NCBI GenBank assembly: GCA_951406725.2
Contig: CATOCA020000036.1
Location: 1-29,639 of the forward strand
Source: Octopus vulgaris
Taxonomy: Eukaryota
Length of the DNA stretch: 29,639 nt
Direction of reading: 5' to 3'
Shown here: piece after piece, positions 16,366-28,658 of the stretch
Layout of the letters: each line of letters starts with the position of its first letter
Numbering within the stretch: the stretch's first letter is position 1
The notes under the pieces: generated by a model
What the model was told of the DNA's origin: nothing
The model's input: the letters and a program-made list of their open reading frames with translations, nothing else
The model's database searches: none
Translations under genes and position numbers: made by a program

Positions 16366-17640
16366 AAATCCTTAAATCCTTAAAAATGTTTCAGCTCGAA
16401 AGCTGCGGTGATGCTGGGGCACCACCATTGATTGTGCTACACTAGTATGTGAAACACCCTCTGATACGTGGCACTTGGTCAACAAGGGAGTTCGATGCCA
16501 CTGCCTGCATCTGTGTTTACTGCCGAGAGGTAGGTTCATCTGGAACCCCTGACAAGAAGAGATCCAGTTTAGTTTTAAAGAAACCCACATCCACGCTATG
16601 CAGGTCTCTCAGACATTTAGGAAGGATATTGAAGAGCTGTGGTCCCCTGAAGCTCAAGCTGTTGCAGTATCTGGTTCTGTATTTTGATAATGATCTGGGA
16701 TTTTTGGCACCATGCAGTGGCGCCCTGTTCTGCTGTTGGTGTAACTTTCAATGCCGATATTTGGGACAAGGCCCTCCAGGATTTTCGGGATGTATATCAC
16801 TGCATATCTCTCCCGCTTTCGCTCCGAGGAGAAGGTTTTAATATTTTCACTCCTTCCCAGTAGCTGATATGTTGCATGGAGACGATCTTAGTGTAGCTTT
16901 GTTGGATTGCTTCGAGTTCTGCTGTTAACTTTATATTGTGTAGTGACTATAGTTGGGAGCAGTAGTCCAAGCGGCTGAGGACGAATGTCTTCCAAAGGAC
17001 CAACTGTGTCTCCTTCTCTCTTGTTCTGAAAGTTTGGCTAGGCATTTGCATTTTATTACAAAATTCGCAATATGCACTTGGAGAGATGCATTGTTGCTCA
17101 TGTCAATGCCCAGGTCATGCACTGATTTTGACTTAGGAATTGCAATTCTTCCTAGGCCAGTGTATCTGGTCTACATGTCATTCAGTTTTCTGTGCTGGTA
17201 GTGCAGGGCTTGGAACTTCCCTGCATTAAACTGCATGTTGTTGTCCTCAGCCCACTGGTATATTGTATCCAACAATATTTCCAGGGTTTTGTATTGTCTG
17301 AGAGACTTTTGTGTCATCTGAATAGCTAGCAGGGGTGGCCATCTTAGCAACTGAGGGCATGTCTGAAAAGGCCACTATGAACAGCAGTGGCCTGAAGACA
17401 GTACCCTGAGGAACACCACTTGTTATTTGTGTTTCCTTGGAGGTGGCTCCATTGGCCACCACTGCCTGCTTTCTGTCTTTTAGGAAGTTGTGCAACCACT
17501 CTCCAAGTTTTCCGCCTCTGCCGAGAGGACACAGGTTGTGACAGATCATACCATGGTCGACTTTATCAAAAGCTTTTGCAAAGTCGAGATATATCACATC
17601 CACACTGAAGTCATTTAGTAGCAATTATAGTGTTGCATAG
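16366..17640 (-). mobile_element. 3' part of a CR1/L2-like LINE: reverse transcriptase remnant to 3' tail
   Basis: ORF 17247-17624 contains VDVIYLDFAKAFDKVDH...SGVPQGTVFRPLLF...SYSDDTK, with DLGIDMS downstream. It ends in a stem-loop and a TAAGGATT repeat tail. Confidence 0.92.
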
Positions 17641-17845
17641 TGTTAGACAGCTTCTATTTAGGTATGTATATATGTGTGTGTAATATGTATATGTATATAT
17701 ACATTTCTGTATGTATGTGTGTATATATATATATATGTGTGTGTGTGTTCATGTTTATATGTATATTTATATGTATGTATATATGTATGTGTGTATATAT
17801 GTATATATATATAGCCATGTATTTATTTGTATATATATGTATGCA

Positions 17846-17877
<32 letters not shown>

Positions 17878-17899
17878 AATATATATAAAGTGTATGCAT

Positions 17900-19070
17900 A
17901 TCTAACCAACCCCTCCCCTCCTTCAAAGGAGCCCACAACCTATGAGACCTCTTGGTCTACAGCTTGTTCCCTAACCCAACCTGGCTCGTTCCCCTGCTCC
18001 TGCTCATGCTGCCGCACTTACTCTTACCTCACCATAGACCCTATCACATCACCAACTCCTTCACCTGCACTTCTACCAATGGCATCGACTGTATCTCATG
18101 CTCTCTCTGCCCTTCTCTATACATCGGGCAAATGCGACGCCGCTTGTCTGACTGGTTCTCGGGACACCTGTGAGACATCCGACATGGCAATGGCACCCCT
18201 GTCTCGCGCCATCTCCGCTCTACCGGTCACTCTTTGCAACACCTGTGTGTTCGGATTGTCCTTGCACAGGGGCCATCCAGACTCCTGTTTGTGCTGTGAA
18301 CAGTGATTAATCTTCTCTCTTTGCTCCTTTGCACCACATCGGCTCAACTCTCCTCTCTCCCCTCGCACCTACTTCCTCCCACGCACCTCTCCTCTCTTGC
18401 TCTTACTTCTCTTCACTCCTACCCACCTTCTCCCTTCCCCTTCATCGTCACTCCTCCCTCATAATGCCACTCCACCCCTACACAATCCAACCCCACTTTC
18501 CCTATCCATCCCACCCCATCTCTTACGCTCACTCCCACATACCCTACCTCTACCCCTACTCTCAGCCTACCCATATCTACACCACCCTCAGCCTAATCCA
18601 CAACCCACCCTTGCTTTCCCCACTCTCACCTCCCCCACCTCCTAACACCACCATACCACACAACATCACATCACACCACCACATACACACTATCTCTGAC
18701 CACTTCCCAGCCCCACATCCACACACACACATACTTGCATGCACACATCAAGGTCACCAGCCCTCTCCCGCATGCATATACATACTCTCTTATACACAAA
18801 CATGTGCACGTTTGTTTTGGTATTACCACTAATTTATTATCTCCCCTTCTTCCTAGCTTTCCTGTGTGACCCTTTTGTCCTGCATTCGGCATGATAGATC
18901 GCTAGTTACACATTCTTTAGTTTCTCTTGTTTCTTTCTGTGGAAGAGCGTAGGCTCGAAACGTTCAAGACTTTTTCATTTCCGAGTGTTAAACTCTTACT
19001 TCTGTTTGCTGTCTTCACCACCTGTCTTCGTCTTTTGTTGTTTTCTTTTTGTGAATTCTCCCCTTATATC
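17900..19070 (+). mobile_element. Penelope-like element 3' fragment: decayed GIY-YIG endonuclease, C-rich spacer and pLTR
   Basis: Frameshifted peptides PGSFPCSCSCCRTY, ITNSFTCTSTNGIDCISCSLCPSLYIGQMRRRLSDWFSGHL*DIRHGNGTPVSRH and EQ*LIFSLCSFAPHRLN match the PLE GIY-YIG layout with an upstream Cys-rich linker (Neptune-like). A hammerhead-like motif lies at 18932-18969. Confidence 0.88.
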
Positions 19071-19144
19071 TATATCTATCTATATATATATAGATAGATA
19101 TATGTGTGTGTGTGTATATATATAGTGGTTTTGTCTCTAATTTA

Positions 19145-19202
<58 letters not shown>

Positions 19203-19206
<4 letters not shown>

Positions 19207-19544
19207 GGTAAAGACCCCCTTCGGTCATGAATGACCATGGGATTGCACCTAGAAAGTTACCCTCCTAGACACAAGTCTGGGCAAGGTTGTTTATGGAAGA
19301 CCAGCAGTCGCCCATGCATACCAGCCTCCCCTCTCCACACCACCAGTGTTATCCAAGGGAAAGACAAATGTCGATACAGCTTGGCACCAGTGACGTCGCA
19401 ACTCATTTCTACAGCTGAGTGAACTGGAGCAACATGAAATAAAGTGCCTTGCTCAAGAACACAACACGCAGCCCGGTCCGGGATTCGAGCTCACAACCTC
19501 ACGATCTTAAGCTCGACGCTCTAACCACTGAGCCATGCGCCTTC
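19203..19544 (-). mobile_element. tRNA-derived SINE (family 3)
   Basis: Minus head GAAGGCGCATGGCTCAGTGGTTAGAGCG ... GAGCTCGAATCCC, then TGTGTTCTTGAGCAAGGCACTT. The 3' end has a GGTCAT/ATGACC stem-loop. Confidence 0.82.
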
Positions 19545-19579
19545 ACATATATATATATACATACATACATATATATATA

Positions 19580-19850
19580 TCTATTATATGAAATCTGTTC
19601 TGTCTGTCTGTGTGTGTGTCTTCTAGGATCTCAGGCATCCTCCATCTGATTGCACTCAAAATTGATATGTCGATACTGACTGTATCAGAGTGTGTACAAG
19701 TCTTGAAAAAATTACAAAAATTAATTCCAGGTGAGAATGCGATTGATAAAGCCGTGAGAATGTGCATTTGTACGCGCAAGTACATCAACTGTTGTGATCG
19801 ATACTATGTTTTTGTGAGGAAAATGCACGTGCAGTGTGTAAAAAAAACCG
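19580..19850 (+). mobile_element. Probable Helitron 5' fragment
   Basis: a|TCTATTATATGAAATCTGTTCTGTCTGTCTGTGTG resembles the other Helitron 5' ends. No hairpin-CTAG 3' end was found, and the right boundary is approximate. Confidence 0.5.
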
Positions 19851-20196
19851 TTTCAGCAGTTCTGGCCATAGAGGTTGAAACTGCGTTGCGAGCACGCCAA
19901 TTTTCATGTTGTTCAGCTGTTTCTGCCGCTCTAGCCACAGAAGTTGAAGCCGCGTTGAGAGCATGCTGACACTTGCTTTGTTCAGATGACTCTCTAGCAA
20001 TCATTTTTCTTTGGAATAGAGAAAAAGTCCATCTTTATTTCTTCTTTTGCTTGTGTCTCAAATTTAGGTTAAATCAGTGTTTCTCAAAGGGGAGGCCTGT
20101 GGGATGGTCGGACAAGTTGCTTTTGAGAAAATTTGGTTTCAATGTTTGAGAACTCAGCACCATCCATTGGACGGGTGGGGTGGGGCGTTTTGCTCA

Positions 20197-20231
<35 letters not shown>

Positions 20232-20624
20232 TACACACATATATATATAAAGATTGAATATTAAAACTTATTTTATTATAGTTTACAAATAACACTATAC
20301 TTATTTAAGTAGAATTTGGTTATTTAATTAGACAAACTTACAAATCAGCTGAACAGTTTTGTACTATAAATTTAAAAGATGAGAACTGTAAAGAGTGATA
20401 AATTAGGAGAACTGGCATTCTTTGCTGTAATATTTTAAGTAAAATATCCCTTATTCTTTACTTTACTAGAAGTAATAGCTTGTCCTCTACTTTTACAAGT
20501 GTAATAACTTGTCCTGTAGTTTCCCAGGTTTATCGTCTTAAGAATATGACTATATCATGCTCGCATTTTCCCATGTAATATACATATGTATATGTCTGTA
20601 CATGTATATATGTATATAATATGC

Positions 20625-20690
<66 letters not shown>

Positions 20691-20729
20691 ATGTATGTAT
20701 AAGTATGAATATATATATATACATATCCA

Positions 20730-20886
20730 TGAGTGGTGAGTAGCTTGCTAAATTGCTTGCTTACCACCCACATGGTCTTGCTTACCACCAATGTGACATT
20801 TCGGATAAGTATCATCCACTATAGCTTTGAGCTTACCAAAGCCTTGAGAGTGGATTTGGTAGACAGAAAGTGAAAGAAGCCTGTCA
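20730..20886 (+). mobile_element. Diverged 5' half of a family 1 SINE
   Basis: GAGTGGATTTGGTAGACAGAAAGTGAAAGAAGCCTGTC is the reverse complement of about 16049-16086. Confidence 0.7.
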
Positions 20887-21290
20887 TCTCTATATATAAA
20901 ACTGAAATGCGTTTTTACCGCTTGGTTCGCTTTCAATGCCACTACATCCCGTCCGATTCGATCCAAAATTTACAGGGACATGTAGAATGAGGTGATGATG
21001 TGCGTGGGCTACCTTAGAAATCCCTATCTTAAAAGCTGTGGTTGCTAGGGGCCATCTTCCTCACTCACCCTATTTCCTCCTTTCCCTCTCTTACTCCTCT
21101 TCATAACTTTCAGAAGTCCACTACCGTTATTTAAAGTATCTGTCACTATCGCTATTTCCTTTCTTTTTCACTGACTCTGTTTCCTACCTTCCTATCACTT
21201 CGGCGGCGTTCTTTTAAGTATATGTCTGTCACCAACAAACAACACACGAGCATGAGAACAAATATTATGAATCAGATATTCTTGCGTTCA
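20887..21290 (+). mobile_element. Probable Helitron 5' fragment abutting the SINE
   Basis: A start of a|TCTCTATATATAAAACTG. The 3' end was not recognised and the right boundary is approximate. Confidence 0.45.
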
Positions 21291-21296
21291 TTTATA

Positions 21297-21520
21297 TGTG
21301 TGTGTTCTATATATAAATATGTATATATAATGTATGTGTGTGTGTGTGTTCTATATATAAATATGTATATATAATGTATGTGTGTGTGTGTGTTCTATAT
21401 ATAAATATGTATATATAATGTATGTGTGTGTGTGTGTGTTCTATATATAAATATGTATATATAATGTATGTGTGTGTGTGTGTGTGTTCTATATATAAAT
21501 ATGTATATATAATGTATATA
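21297..21520. repeat. Minisatellite, 5 copies of a 44-48-bp unit
   Basis: TTCTATATATAAATATGTATATATAATGTA starts at 21305, 21349, 21393, 21439 and 21487, separated by variable (TG)n. Confidence 0.95.
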
Positions 21521-21666
21521 TACAAAGTGAATATATCTGTATTTATGTATATTAAACCTTTTCATACTTTTTCATAGTTATATATATTTTTAAACAAATT
21601 ATAAATATAATTTAATAATTTTTATTTTCAATTTAAATAATTTAAAGTTTTCAATTTTATATTTTA

Positions 21667-22664
21667 CTAGCAGTATCGCCCGGCGTTGCTCGGGTTTGTA
21701 AGGGAAATAACTATATAAGCATTTTTAGTGAGTTATAGCAAAAAATGCTTTAAAAATGGAATAAAAAATGATAGTAATTTTTTTTTAAATCGTTGATTCA
21801 TCGTAGACATTTTTAGAGAGTTACTTCCCTTATATAATAGCGAAAAATGCATTAAAATGGAATAAAAAATGATGGTAATTTTTTTTTTTATCGTTGACTC
21901 ATCGTAGACATTTTTAGAGAGTTACTTCCCTTATATAATAGCGAAAAATGCATTAAAATGGAATAAAAAATGATGGTAAATTTTTTTTTAAATCGTAGAC
22001 TCATCGTAGACGCGCGCTAATACATAGAAGGGCTCGATATGAATCACGACTATAAGATACCCGGTTTTGGTTACACTGCACCGCAAAATGTGGGAGTAGT
22101 TAGGAATCTAAATCGTAGGAGACAGACACACAACCTTACTTTTATATATAAAGATTTGTGCAACAACTAAAACATTCGGTTGTGCAAATTGTTTGCACAG
22201 GAAACCTGCCCTGTGTGGCGGTTTTTGCCGTTTTTGTGGATCTGTTTCAGCTTTTTTAGCGATTTCTGTTTTGGCCCCTTCAAGCCATGAAGTCGTTGTT
22301 CTAAAAGAACGCTGGTCTCCTTCACAACGCATTACGACGTTGATTTCCTTACACTCCCTTCCCCACAGCTTCACGAGGGAGGGAAGAAGGGGGAGAAGCA
22401 AACAGGTGCAGGCGTGAGCGTGGTCGCCAACTCCGCCGCCATCAACACACGAAAAAATATGCATTAAAATGGAATAAAAAATGTTAAATTATTTTTAAAT
22501 TCGTTGACTCATCGTAGACGCGCGCTAATACCCAGACGGGCTCGATATGAATCACGACTAAGATACCCGAATTTGGTTAAACTGCACCGCAAAATGTGGG
22601 AGTAGTTAGGAATCTAAATCGAAGGGGACAGACACTCACACAACTACAGTTTTATATATATAGA
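21667..22664 (-). mobile_element. Compound non-autonomous Helitron with one 3' end and two 5' ends
   Basis: The 3' end is CCCGAGCAACGCCGGG-CGATACTGCTAG at 21667-21694. TC-type 5' ends lie at 22154 and 22664. About 22460-22664 duplicates about 21948-22154, and there are ~100-bp internal tandem repeats at about 21742-22010. Confidence 0.82.
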
Positions 22665-23651
22665 TATATTTTCTATGTTATATTTTCTTTTTTTATGTTT
22701 TTGTTTTTGGTTTTTCACTCTTTGATTTGCCTATTAGTGGTTTTATCTCTAATTTAATTTATACAGATATATATCTCATTTGTATACATTTGTATATATA
22801 ATGCGTGCACACACACACACACACACATATATATATACACATATATATATAATGTGTGCATTACGTAGTCGGTCGATTCAGCTGAAAATATGCACACCTA
22901 TGTTAAAGGTGCTGACAAGTTTGCATGACAACTATTTTGTTCCTCAAATGAAAGGCATCACCTCTAGGACAAAATTCCTCATCTTATAAAATGTGGCCTC
23001 AGTAGACCCGAATGAAATCGGGTTATATTAACTAAAATGTGAAAAGGGGTCTAAATGGGGCTGGAAGGGGATTAAAATTTCAAGGAGCGGGTGTTTAGGA
23101 ATTCTCTGTTACATCAAGCTAAAAAATTTGCGCCAGCCTTTTAATCGTCAATGTGTTGCCGTCCATGATAAAGAAGTTTTGAATGCTTGCCATGGTGAGT
23201 CTACTGTCGTGAGAAAGAATCACTTCAAAACTTGGTGTTTACGAATTTTCTTTTACATCAAGTTCAAAATTTTACGCCGGCCATTAAACTGTCACTACGT
23301 TGCTGTCCGCCAGCCATGGTGACTCTACTATCCTCAGATTCTATCCCTTCAAACTTTGGTTTCCAATATTTTATTATTTTTATTCAGCTCGCAAGTTCGT
23401 CTGTCCCTTTTAAATGTTAGCGTTTTGCTGTCTGCCTTGAAGCAGACCTTTCCATTGCCACTGCCTCATATTTCTGATTGATCTTTCTAAATATTTTATT
23501 TCTCAACAAACTCAAGATCTTCTGTTGTTTATAAATGGGAGAGAGATAGATAAAGATAGAGAGTAAGAGAAAGCGAGGGAGAGTCCGAGAGAAAAGAAAA
23601 GTAAGAGAGTGGGAAAGTGAGAGAGAACGGAGAGAGAAACATATACGGAGA

Positions 23652-23962
23652 ATCATCATCATCATCATCGTTTAATGTCCGTTTTCCGTGCTAGCATGGG
23701 TTGGGCAGTGTGACCAGGGTCTCGGAAGCCAGGAGGCTGCACCAGGCTCCAGTCTGATCTGGCAGTGTTTCTACAGGTGGATGACCTTCCTAACGCCAAC
23801 CACTCTGTGAGTGTAGTGAGTGCTTTTTTCGTGCCGCCGGCACTGGTGCCAGGGGGGCTCGCAGTGGCAACGATCGGTTGGTGCTTTTTACGTGCCACCG
23901 GCACAGAAGCAAGTCAAGGCAGTGCTGCAATCGGCCACGTTCGGATGGTGCTTTTTACGTGC
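23652..23962 (-). mobile_element. RTE-tailed SINE-like retroposon
   Basis: (CAT)n-CGTTTAATGTCCGTTTTCCGTGCTAGCATGGG..., homologous to 4153-4418, with three ~64-bp GTGCTTTTT(A/T)CGTGC units. Confidence 0.75.
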
Positions 23963-24035
23963 TGAAAGGAAGCAACAGAAAGTAACACCCACACTCTTAC
24001 CCGCGCGTAGAGCGGGTCACCTTCAGCTAGTTTAA

Positions 24036-24208
24036 TGTATATATATGTTTGTGTGTCTGTGTTTGTCCCCCCACCATCACTTGACGGTTCAACAAAAGAG
24101 ACCAATGGAATTAGTACTAGGCTTAGAAAGAATAAGTCCTGGGTTCGATTTGTTCAACTAAAGGCAGTTCTGCATGACCATAACCAAATGCCTGAGACAA
24201 TGAAACAA
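24036..24208 (+). mobile_element. Diverged 3' half of a family 1 SINE
   Basis: GTGTCTGTGTTTGTCCCCCCA...AGTACTAGGCTTAGAAAGAATAAGTCCTGGG is a reverse-complement relative of about 15800-15990. Confidence 0.7.
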
Positions 24209-24260
24209 TATATGTATGTATGTATTTATATATATACATATATGTATCTATCTATGTATG

Positions 24261-24291
<31 letters not shown>

Positions 24292-24355
24292 TTATATATG
24301 TATATTTATATGTATATGTGTGTGTAAGTATACTTATGTATATATATATATATGT

Positions 24356-24830
24356 ATCATCATTGTTCGACCGTGGTCGAGACAATGGAATTTACTATGT
24401 TACGCCAGACTTCACGGTCCATCATAGCATTACGGAGGTCCTGTTGCTGGATGCCTGTATCCTGGAGAATCAGGGTAGGAGAGTGTGCGCCCTCTGGTAT
24501 TGCGAGTAGATGGCTTCCAGAGGAGAAGAGTAGAAATTACTTCTTTTTCAGCTCTACAACAATGTCCAGCAAACTGGACTCTCCTACCTTTCACAAGAGA
24601 TGACACAGGTGGTAATTTCCCATATATTTGCATTTTGATTGGATGGCGCTTCCACGAGAGATTTTGAGCTCTCATAAGGAGGCGAGTGTAGGTTCCATCC
24701 AACCGCCTCTCAAGCTTCTTTGATAACGTCCAGGTTTCTGAGCCATATAGTAGAATTGGTTCGACTGTGGCTTTGAATATTTCAAGTTTGAAGTCTCTAC
24801 TTAGATTTGATGACCAGATCTTATGCATGT
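24356..24830 (-). mobile_element. RTE-type LINE 3' fragment (C-terminal post-RT region plus (GAT)n tail)
   Basis: ORF 24430-24828 contains KIWSSNLSRDFKLEIFKATVEPILLYGSETWTL...RRVQFAGHCCR. It ends TCGACCACGGTCGAACAATGATGAT. Confidence 0.88.
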
Positions 24831-26073
24831 CATCTTATATATGTATACATAAGTATATGTATGTATGTATATATATGTATATATACGTATGTATGTGTAT
24901 ATATATATATATACACATATTTATGTATAAATTTACTTGTAAATTTGCAATAATTTTCTCCATATATTCGTTTTTGATTGTCTCCCCTACCCCAGGCTAG
25001 TTTTTGAGTAAGAGATCTCTTTTGAATACAACGGCCGAACCTGTCTGTGAGCAGTGCTTTTCTTTGTTAAGTTGCTTTGGTGTTTTTCCTCTGCTTGTAT
25101 GTACCTTTTTACTTAAATATTGTGTCTTTTCAAACATAGTCTTGCATGTCAGCTTTACGCCTCTTGTAATATATATATATTTTTTTCGTCTTTCAATATT
25201 ATGTATATGTATAACTCTCTATGGCTGTTTTCTGCCAGTGAGCCTGTTGTGTTATATTCTACTATACACTCATGGCCTTGTTTACATTATACTTCGTTAT
25301 TATTTACTGCACATACAGACTTGCATACACATTGATATGTCTTTTTCTTTTTCGTTTCTCTCACTATTATTATTATTTCTCCCTTTTACAACTTGTTTGT
25401 AAATATTGCATTCTCCCTTATTGTATCTTATTTTATTTTATTAAACCTGTTTGATGTTCACTGATGCGAATGACAATTTATAAATTTAATCATAATTACT
25501 ATGATTATAATTTTTTCCGACATATTTGTATTGTCTTTCGAAACATGCATATGTATTGAATCCAATTTTATATCAAATCTAATTTTGATTCAACATCTTT
25601 TTTCCTCCATTTTTTGTACTTGTTTGTGGTATATTTATACCTATAACGAAATTTTTCATCTATTATTTTCATATTCTTATTACTTTCTCTGGTTGATTTT
25701 TTATGAATATAATGAATCTTTACTAGAAATTATTTTTTCTCTCTTTTTGGATCTCTCAGAAAGTTAGAATTGTTCTTTTTGAACTTATTTTTTCTCTTAT
25801 ATATGTATGTATATATATATATGTATGTATATACATATGTATGTATATATATGTATGCATAGCATGTATATATGTACATGTATATACATTGAGAGAAAAG
25901 ATAACATTTATTAGTGATAGTAATGGGAAGTTGGAGCATTGCATCTATTGATATGAAAAGGAAAAAGTTGCTTGTGATGGTAGATGTATAGGATTGAAAG
26001 TCCAAATATTTGGCATGGTTTAGAAAATGAGGCTTGGTAAATTGGTATAATTTTTACAATTTTTCTTTTTCAG

Positions 26074-26180
26074 TCTATGGGGAAAGCAAGATGAATTCAA
26101 GACCAGTAAACCAGAATGATTCATATAATGAATTAAATGTAGAAAATATTCAAAAGTTAAAAGTTGCCTACAAAGAAAAG
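26074..26180 (+). CDS. Internal coding exon, probably of a ubiquitin-specific protease
   Basis: Polypyrimidine acceptor ttttctttttcag| and donor AAG|gtaaat. The open frame (x)YGESKMNSRPVNQNDSYNELNVENIQKLKVAYKEK ends in phase 0, matching the phase-0 exon at 29395. Confidence 0.65.
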
Positions 26181-27173
26181 GTAAATCCCATTTTTGCTTT
26201 ACTACTGGAACTATTTGTAATTTTCTTTTTCCTTTTTAAATATCAGATATATGTCATAAATGTGTTAGATCAAACTCACATAAATGTGCGAGTCTTAAAT
26301 TCATTGATATAGAATAGGCATATAATCTAGATTGTTGTTCTCTAGTTTTGAGGTGTAAGTTGATCAATGAAAAGACAGCTTACTGATTGATATATTTTCA
26401 ATAATAGTTTAATTGATAATTTCTTCCTATGGTAAATGACACTTATGTGAAGTCATCCATTTTGTCTAGCTTTCCAGAAATCAGTAATGATTATTGTATA
26501 GAAGTATAGATTGAATATTTTGTACTTTTTAATTATTTAAAGTAATTTTAATAAAAATTAAAATAAATTGATATTGGGTTGTGGGCAAAAGCATTTCGTA
26601 CCTTACTACCTGTAGTTGGTCTGTAACTCAGAGTAAAAGACAGTTGGTAATTCTTGACAGTACCTTCTGTTAATCCCTTCCTTCTCAGATTTTCTATTTC
26701 ATAGCTAATTACTAACAAGCCTTACAAATTCCCCTTGCTTAACAGCTTAACACTTTCGAATGAAAAGTTGCCCCAGGTGGCATTTTCCATTAGATAGGTC
26801 TTTAAAGGGACCATAAATACATACTGTCAGGCAGATAATGAGGTAGATGTCAGCTTTAGATGGCTTTCAACTAGCAATAACTATGCCTCTGATAACCCTC
26901 ACTGGCCATGGCACCACCTCTGTGACATATATTTAGGATAATTGAAAGGAAATATGAACAAATATTAACAAAATAAATAAATCAATAAAATAAGCTATTA
27001 AAATGTTTGCCAAAAAAAAAACCCACTTTTAAAATCAGCTCCAATCACAGTAATTTGGAGAAATATTTTTTTGAGAGTTGTAGCTAGAATATCACTAAGT
27101 AACACCTAGTAACTGCAAATAGACAGGTGGGAGATTTTCATTAGTGGTGGATAGTGTTAAAACAAGGTTTAAT

Positions 27174-27573
27174 ACTCTTACTCTCTTTTACTTGTTTCAG
27201 TCATTTGACTGCGGCCATGCTGGAGCACCGCCTTTAGTTGAGCAAATCGACCCCGGGACTTATTCTTTTTAAGCCCAGTACTTATTCTATCGGTTTCTTT
27301 TGCCGAACCGCTAAGTGACGGGGATGTAAACACACTAGCATCGGTTGTCAAGCAATGCTAGGGGGGACAAACACATACACACACATACATATATATATAT
27401 ACATATATACGACAGGCTTCTTTCAGTTTCCGTCTACCAAATCCACTCACATGGCATTGGTCGGCCCGGGGCTATAGCAGAAGACACTTGCCCAAGATTC
27501 CACGCAGTGGGACTGAACCCGGAACCATGTGGTTGGTTAGCAAGCTACTTATTACACAGCCACTCCTGCGCCT
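27174..27573 (-). mobile_element. Full-length tRNA-derived SINE (family 1)
   Basis: Near-identical to 15778-16211, with an A box and a GGTTCAGTCCC B box on the minus strand. Confidence 0.88.
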
Positions 27574-27915
27574 ATGTTTACAGAATGAAAATTTTGCTGG
27601 AATCATGTTGATTGATGACTAAAGAATAGGATAGTTCCATGTACTTGGAGCCATGATGCATTTCTACAACTAAAGAAAATATAAAGAATTTATTGAATAA
27701 AGAAATACTTTGCATTCCTATACAATTAACAAACCATTAATTGGCCTGTATGTGGAAAGATTTTCTTTATAGTAATGTCTCTGTATTTGAAATATAGCTG
27801 TATAATGTCTAGGAGGATATAATGTGATATAAATTATTTTCATATTTGATTTTAAACCCATCAGCTTTTCTGAAAAGTCAGTATAGAATTTGCAAAAAAT
27901 CTGGCAGTTAGACAA

Positions 27916-28121
27916 CCATTTAGCGTTTAAACTGGCCATATCTGGCCCAAACACTGTTTTATGCTGAAACTGGCCAGATCTGGCCTATTACACCTACTCT
28001 ACAATGTCCTGAAAATAAGCAATCACATCTTCAAAATCTTGAAGCTAGGAGATGATGCACGATTAGTTCAAAACCATGAACAGATAAACTTATTTGACAG
28101 AGTAATCTGAATGCTAAAGGT
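27916..28121. mobile_element. Degenerate MITE, possibly piggyBac-like
   Basis: Imperfect terminal inverted repeats CCATTTAGCGTTTA / TGAATGCTAAAGGT with TTAA on the right, plus an internal duplicated AAACTGGCCA(T/G)ATCTGGCC. Confidence 0.5.
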
Positions 28122-28658
28122 TTAAAGAACAATTCTATAACTGTTTGTCTGTTATGAGAAGTTTTTTTTTTTGTTATAGTAATGATGATACAAAAGTCAG
28201 ATAAGCTATTGGAGAGAAATAAAGTGGAATTTGAGTGTCAGGAAAGAGCAGTTTTTTTTAAGTGGATTTTCTGAAAAACATTCTAGTGTTCTACAAGAGA
28301 AGGTGTCTTTTAATGAAATTTAATCAAAAAATTTCTTTTATATCCACCATTTTCAAAATAAGTTGTTTTACATATGTTAATCAATTCTCTCTCCTAAACA
28401 AGTTTTGCTTCATTTAGTATTTTATTAAAGTTAAGTGACAGGAGTTGGTTGTAAAATATTGTAATGGTTTTCACAAGTTTTGGAAAAATTTTATAAGTGT
28501 TCTATAAGAATAAGTTTGCGAAATATGAGTTAGGAAGTTAATGAAGAATCTCTGGAAGAGTGAAAATGAAGTAGGCTGAGGAGAAATAAATGTACTACAT
28601 TGCAGTTATGGAAGAGTTGTGAATTTTTAAAAATCAGTAAGATTTTATATCTTTAGGG

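Noticed and set aside
20075-20155. CAGTGTTTCTCAAA...TTTGAGAA hAT-like inverted repeat
   Set aside because: Too short and degenerate, with no target-site duplication seen.
21297-21520. Regularly spaced ~30-bp repeats superficially like a CRISPR array
   Set aside because: The 'spacers' are only (TG)n of variable length, the context is eukaryotic and there are no cas genes.
22850-23640. Possible transposase start (MERSASRQTAKR) and internal duplicated segments
   Set aside because: Probably repeat-derived, but the frame stops at once and no termini or domain could be identified.
24960-25780. Hydrophobic ORFs at 25004-25767
   Set aside because: T-rich low-complexity sequence yields F/L/I/Y-rich frames by chance, and there is no motif or splice support.
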